A stretch of DNA of 64,000 nt from an uncultured Fibrobacteria bacterium (GTDB taxonomy: Bacteria > Fibrobacterota > Fibrobacteria > UBA11236), in contig OY970309.1 in assembly GCA_963716395.1 (NCBI GenBank), positions 64,001-128,000 of the forward strand. The letters run 5' to 3'. Under the pieces are notes generated by a model that did no database searches, was not told the origin of the DNA, and worked only from the letters and a program-made list of their open reading frames with translations. The stretch's first letter is position 1. The number at the start of each line of letters is the position of its first letter. The position numbers and the translations under genes are program-made. This document shows, piece by piece, positions 59,714 to 64,000 of this stretch.

Positions 59714-61004
59714 ATTTGCTGAGATCGAGCTTTTGCGCTCCCAAGCGCACGTCGGAACCGATCAGCACCGACGCATAAATTTGATAATTCACCCCGGACT
59801 CGCCGGCAAAAACGATGATGGGCTCATTGGGCAGGCAGTCGACGTCGCGATGAATGCTCGAATTCGTGGTGATGGTGGTGCGGTGGTAGTCGGGGTCATA
59901 CAACCACTTTTCCAGGTTGACGATTTCGAGGGGGTTGAGGCGCGCCGATTCGCGCTTGGCGTACACGAGGGCGCGCGATCCCGGCAGCCACACCGGACCC
60001 GAATACGCGCTGGGGTACACGTTCTCGGCGATTTTCGGCGTCTTTCCATGCAGGTCGGCCACTTCGACCAGATGGCCCTGGGGATCGATTTTAAGCTGCA
60101 TCACGCCGATGTCGACCACGCGGTCGTTCATGTCGTTGGAAATTTGATAGGCCACGAAATGCCCGTCGAACGACCAGGAGGGATGGCTTTTGTTGTTACT
60201 GATCTGGTTGTTGAAGATCTCGACCTTGCGATTGTTCTTGAAATCCATGAGGGCGATGGTGAACTGCCCGCGCTTCTTGTTGCCACTGGTGCGCATGGTG
60301 TAGGCCAAAAACCGGCCGTCGGGCGAAAAGGCCGGAAACATCTCTTCGCCGGCGGTGCTGGTGAGGCGCTCGAAATCGCTGCGGGGTTCGCGTTTCAAAT
60401 CCTCACCGAAGAACTTGGTCACGTTGGGGATGAAATACAGATCGCCGTCTCCCGTGCGCGCCGACACGAACGCCAGGCCTTTGCCGTCGGGTGTCCAGCG
60501 CGGCGAGGCGTCGACTTCGGGATCGAAGGTGAGGCGGGTGTACTGATCGCTGCCGATGCAGCCCAGGTAAATATCGTGGTTGTTCACGCCGCCGGCGCTG
60601 ACGAAGGCGAAATATTGCTTCCCGTCGTACAGCACCGGATCCCATTCCAACTCGTCTTCATATCCCTTGAAAATGCTCTGATCGCCTTCATCGTCCATGC
60701 TCAGGTCTTCAACCTTGTCGGAGATCTTGTGGGGAATGATTTGGGTGATGTTCTTGGTTTTGGCGTCGTACAGCCAAATCTGCCGGTTGTCGCGCACCTG
60801 CCGTACGAAGGCAATGTAGTTCTGCAGGTTGGGGCACATCTTGGGATGAAACAATTGTCCGCTGATCTTGGGGTTGTCGCTCGAAACCACCACCACGGTT
60901 TTGACGGCATCGGTGGCTTCCTGCGCGCCGGCGAGAGCCGCCGCCAACAGGATCACCCCCGCCCAAGGGACAACGAATACTGGTGCAATCCGCATTTGAC
61001 GCAT
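59694..61004 (-). CDS. TolB-like PD40 beta-propeller protein
   Basis: SPRWTPDG.GLAFVS.R.G..DLY, PAFSPDG, PSWSFDG, PVW.P repeats. Signal peptide. Confidence 0.88.
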   Translation of the reverse strand: MRQMRIAPVFVVPWAGVILLAAALAGAQEATDAVKTVVVVSSDNPKISGQLFHPKMCPNLQNYIAFVRQVRDNRQIWLYDAKTKNITQIIPHKISDKVEDLSMDDEGDQSIFKGYEDELEWDPVLYDGKQYFAFVSAGGVNNHDIYLGCIGSDQYTRLTFDPEVDASPRWTPDGKGLAFVSARTGDGDLYFIPNVTKFFGEDLKREPRSDFERLTSTAGEEMFPAFSPDGRFLAYTMRTSGNKKRGQFTIALMDFKNNRKVEIFNNQISNNKSHPSWSFDGHFVAYQISNDMNDRVVDIGVMQLKIDPQGHLVEVADLHGKTPKIAENVYPSAYSGPVWLPGSRALVYAKRESARLNPLEIVNLEKWLYDPDYHRTTITTNSSIHRDVDCLPNEPIIVFAGESGVNYQIYASVLIGSDVRLGAQKLDLSKYDLFKN

Positions 61005-61020
61005 CCTCCTCCCGCCCACC

Positions 61021-62322
61021 TTACAGGGACATGCTCTTTAAATAGTCGTTGGCCTTCTGGTTTTCTTCGCGGTACTTGTCATCTTTCCCGTACCAGACGA
61101 GGTAGTCCTTCCAACGCAGAATCGCCTGATTCTTGTAGTACGTCTGACGATCCGGATCCTGGGCGTTGCGGTACATGCGCGTCCAGGCCAGAGCCCAAAA
61201 GTAACGCGTGCGCTGCATGACGTCGTCGAACATGGAAGGCTCGATGTAGGTCTGATCGCGCACTACGGCTTCGAAGGCATGATGCGCCTTGGCGTACTGC
61301 TTGAGCTCGACATAACAGATACCCAAATCCATGTTCACCACGGGGTAATACTTTTCGTAATCCAGAACCGTCAGAAAGGCGCTGACGGCGGCGCTGGTAT
61401 GATCGGCGCGCATCTGCGCCACACCCCGCAAAAAGTTGCCGTGCACATATTCGTCGCGCACGGGATCACCGCGTTTCTTGGTGTCGGGCTTGGGCAACTG
61501 CGCAAATAACCGGCTGGCATTGGTCCAATCGCCCTGGTTGAATGCCGCCATGCCCTGGCGGTAAAGTTCGGACCCCGAATCCGACGGTGCTCCTGTGGCG
61601 GCAGCCTCCTTGGGCATGGTATTCATGGCCAGACGGCTTTCCGGGGAAAGCGGAGCCTGCTCCGGAGCGGGCAGATTTTCGGGCGCGAAGACTTTGGGAG
61701 CCGGAGTCGGCGTTTGTGTCGAAGCCGGAGTTGGAGTTGGCGCCGGGGTCGGCGTTGGCGGCGGCACCGGTACCGGGGTTGGGGTTGGGGTTGGGGTTGG
61801 AACCGGAGTCGGAGTCGGCGGCGATACCGGAGCCGGCGTAGGCGCCTCCGGCTCCTTTTTCACCGCCGGGGTTTCTTCAATGGGTTTTTCCGCCAGGATT
61901 TCGCGCGAATGATGCGTCGATCGAACATGCGCGGCATGCCGTTCCGGAGGCCTGCTTTCCCGGGTACCTTCGGCACGCGTCTTCGCGTGGTGCGGCTTGG
62001 CCTTCGGTTTTTCCGTCACTGGAGCCGGCGGGGGCGCGGCGCGCTCCACCTTCACCGAACTCGACTCGACGGGAGCGGGAGCCACGGCCGCGGATTCGGC
62101 CGCCGGTGCGGCCTGCCCCACGCTTTCGGCCGGAGCGCTTTCCGGTGGATTGCCCAGCGCCATTTTGATGCGTTCCGCCGTTTCGTTTTTCTGATGTTCG
62201 TGCACGGCCCAGATGGCGACTCCCGCCAACACCACGGCGATGATGATGAAAATGGAAATGACCTGGTTCTTCTTTTTTCTGCGGGCCGCGGCTTCGATAT
62301 AAGTGAAGTTCGAATCGCTCAT
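61021..62322 (-). CDS. Membrane-anchored Pro/Thr-rich linker + TPR protein
   Basis: RRKKK followed by a TM, long P/T/A linker, C-terminal TPRs (LYRQG..AF, LGICY..L.QY..A). Confidence 0.82.
   Translation of the reverse strand: MSDSNFTYIEAAARRKKKNQVISIFIIIAVVLAGVAIWAVHEHQKNETAERIKMALGNPPESAPAESVGQAAPAAESAAVAPAPVESSSVKVERAAPPPAPVTEKPKAKPHHAKTRAEGTRESRPPERHAAHVRSTHHSREILAEKPIEETPAVKKEPEAPTPAPVSPPTPTPVPTPTPTPTPVPVPPPTPTPAPTPTPASTQTPTPAPKVFAPENLPAPEQAPLSPESRLAMNTMPKEAAATGAPSDSGSELYRQGMAAFNQGDWTNASRLFAQLPKPDTKKRGDPVRDEYVHGNFLRGVAQMRADHTSAAVSAFLTVLDYEKYYPVVNMDLGICYVELKQYAKAHHAFEAVVRDQTYIEPSMFDDVMQRTRYFWALAWTRMYRNAQDPDRQTYYKNQAILRWKDYLVWYGKDDKYREENQKANDYLKSMSL
61700..61840 (-). repeat. Hexamer coding repeat (Pro-Thr)n
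   Basis: GGGGTT/GGAGTC units on the plus strand. Confidence 0.8.
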
Positions 62323-62373
62323 GGTGCTTCCTTGCATGCCGGGAGGGAAGGGAATATTCTCATAGTATTCATT

Positions 62374-63498
62374 TTATTGATTGGGATCACTGGGCGGACT
62401 CAAGGGAGCGGGAAATTGCACGGTATTGCTGGCGGGAGTTTTTTTCAAATTTTCCACCCATAGCACGGCGGCACCCCCGCCCAACCCCAGGAGGCCCAGG
62501 GAAATCCACAGGGCTTTGTGCGATGAACCGGTAGGCGCGACTTTGGCCACCGGAGCCGGCGCGGAAATTTTGTCTTTGGCAATCGCCTTAACGAAGAAAT
62601 CGTGTTCGAAATCCAGCAACTTGTTGAAATCTTCGGAAGACTCGGGCGGAGTTTCCAGCACCACCGCCTTGTGTTCCACGTCATACATCGCCAGCCGGCA
62701 AAGGTAGTTCTTGCCGTCCCGGTAAATGCGGGAATAGATGAGTTCGGAGACGCCGAGCTTCTGGCCCAAACCGATCATGTTGTCCAGCGAAGGCACCACG
62801 GCATATTTGTTGATTCCCAGCGCGCTCAAAAGATCCGAGATCTCGGCCTGACCCAGGGGATCGTATTGCGGGTATCCGTCGATGCGGGTTTGCACGCGTT
62901 CGGAAAAAACCCGCGACGCAAAGGAGAGATCGCTCAAATCGATCACCGCCAAGGTGCGCCGATTGATCGGCTTTTCCAACGTCAACTTGGCGCTTTTCAT
63001 GGTATCGGCGATATCCATGAATTGCTGATCGACCGAAGCCATGTTGGCGGGAGCCGTGCCACCCTGAATTTCACCCACCCAGGTCCAGACGATCAGGGTT
63101 TTGGGAACGTACAGCAGCTTCAAGGTTACGGCGAGGGATTGCGACTGCGGAATGGGAGAGCATGTACCGTAGAGGACGAAATCGGCCTGCAGATAATTTC
63201 CCGCGTCGAAGCCGCATTGCTCCGTATTGCAGGGTTGATTGGCCGGCACGTTGAAATCGCCCAGTTTTTTGATCATGGTGTCGCGCGGCAGCACCTTGAA
63301 TTTTCCCGCAGCGGCGATGCTGTGGCGCAGCCATTCCGACGGCTCGACCGTGACCTGATTGTCGTTGAGGTCCACCAAATCCAATACGGCCAGGTGCCTG
63401 GTGGTCGTCGCAGTATCTTTGACGGGCATGTCGGCAGGCGCGAAGCGAAATGCCAAGAGACAAAAAGCCACGGCGTTGGGGAAATAAAAGGCCTTGAT
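62374..63498 (-). CDS. Exported protein with two tandem CsgG/TolB-N-like alpha/beta domains and C-terminal TM
   Basis: Duplicated LAV(L/I)DL...G..L.....(G/S) unit and a Gly-rich C-terminal TM. Start uncertain (ATC 63498 proposed; TTG 63549 or ATG 63429 possible). Confidence 0.7.
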   Translation of the reverse strand: MKAFYFPNAVAFCLLAFRFAPADMPVKDTATTTRHLAVLDLVDLNDNQVTVEPSEWLRHSIAAAGKFKVLPRDTMIKKLGDFNVPANQPCNTEQCGFDAGNYLQADFVLYGTCSPIPQSQSLAVTLKLLYVPKTLIVWTWVGEIQGGTAPANMASVDQQFMDIADTMKSAKLTLEKPINRRTLAVIDLSDLSFASRVFSERVQTRIDGYPQYDPLGQAEISDLLSALGINKYAVVPSLDNMIGLGQKLGVSELIYSRIYRDGKNYLCRLAMYDVEHKAVVLETPPESSEDFNKLLDFEHDFFVKAIAKDKISAPAPVAKVAPTGSSHKALWISLGLLGLGGGAAVLWVENLKKTPASNTVQFPAPLSPPSDPNQ

Positions 63499-63617
63499 AA
63501 TTTTGCCTCCCGCGCCGAAACCGCTTCGGGCTTTGGGAAAAATAAACAATCCCGCCCTTCCCCACTTCGCATTTCCGGCGCTGAGGCATACCGGAATTAA
63601 CTACTTTCCAAAGCCCC

Positions 63618-63692
63618 GGCGACATACCCAAGTGGTAAGGGAGAGCTCTGCAAAAGCTTTATTCAGCGGTTCGAATCCGCTTGTCGCCTCCA
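63618..63692 (+). tRNA. tRNA-Cys(GCA)
   Basis: GGCGACA/TGTCGCC acceptor stem, GAGCT-CTGCAAA-AGCTT anticodon arm, TTCGAAT loop, U73, encoded CCA. Confidence 0.97.
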
Positions 63693-63764
63693 TTTGTTCC
63701 GTTTTTGTACCGCAAATGTTTCGCTTCCAGCGCGCCCGTTATCGCTCCTAAACGGAGAGACGCC

Positions 63765-64000
63765 TTAGCGTTTCTTGAAGTCGGCGTTGAGATCGACGCT
63801 CTTTTCGGGAAGGATGTCGATGGTGAACTCCTTGGAGTGGCGCCCGTATGTCAAGCGGATTACCCGGGTTCCGGCATCCAATTTATTGATGGTGAGTACT
63901 CCGCCCCTGGTTTCGCCCACGTCTTCGCCGTCGACCTGCACCCGATAATTCCAGCGCAAGGGATCGGGGTGAATCACCACGCTTCCGTAGGGCATCAGCA
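63765..64000 (-). CDS. C-terminal PEGA-like domain of a protein starting outside the window
   Basis: GSVVI...P....V.VDG..VG.T......L.AG...I.L pattern. Confidence 0.75.
   Translation of the reverse strand, partial: LMPYGSVVIHPDPLRWNYRVQVDGEDVGETRGGVLTINKLDAGTRVIRLTYGRHSKEFTIDILPEKSVDLNADFKKR

Noticed and set aside
63618-63692. tRNA-Cys as a possible integration site
   Set aside because: No integrase and no duplicated tRNA 3' end within the window.

Overview
GC-rich bacterial chromosomal segment, most likely Fibrobacterota. That call is inferred from a TIGR02147-like paralog-family gene and CAZymes with Fibrobacter-style C-terminal tails. 1-13 kb is accessory: ArsR/SRPBCC pair, PL14-like lyase, a His/Ser-rich protein behind a sigma-28-like promoter, a TIGR02147-lipoprotein pair, GT-C glycosyltransferase, MMPL transporter, GH43, PL1. 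13-50 kb is mostly core: tyrS, a type II TA module flanked by a duplicated tyrS 3' end, des-ppsA-acd, dnaG-rpoD-rel-orf-fusA, alaS coupled to a GGGP synthase, xylBA-araC, rplM-rpsI-rpsB-tsf-pyrH-frr-uppS-cdsA-dxr-rseP-purD, a histone-H1-like protein, yqeY, bfd. 52-64 kb holds a tightly coupled minus-strand cluster joining a Dpp/Opp-type ABC transporter to TPR, TolB-like, Pro-rich, CsgG-like, lipoprotein and PEGA genes, plus tRNA-Cys. This cluster is the best candidate for an uncharacterised trans-envelope system. Other highlights: two apparent ATC start codons (one in rpsI), a group II GGGP synthase and a mitochondrial-type EF-G1. No CRISPR array, rRNA, integrase or transposase was seen. All family calls come from reading motifs by eye, not from database searches.
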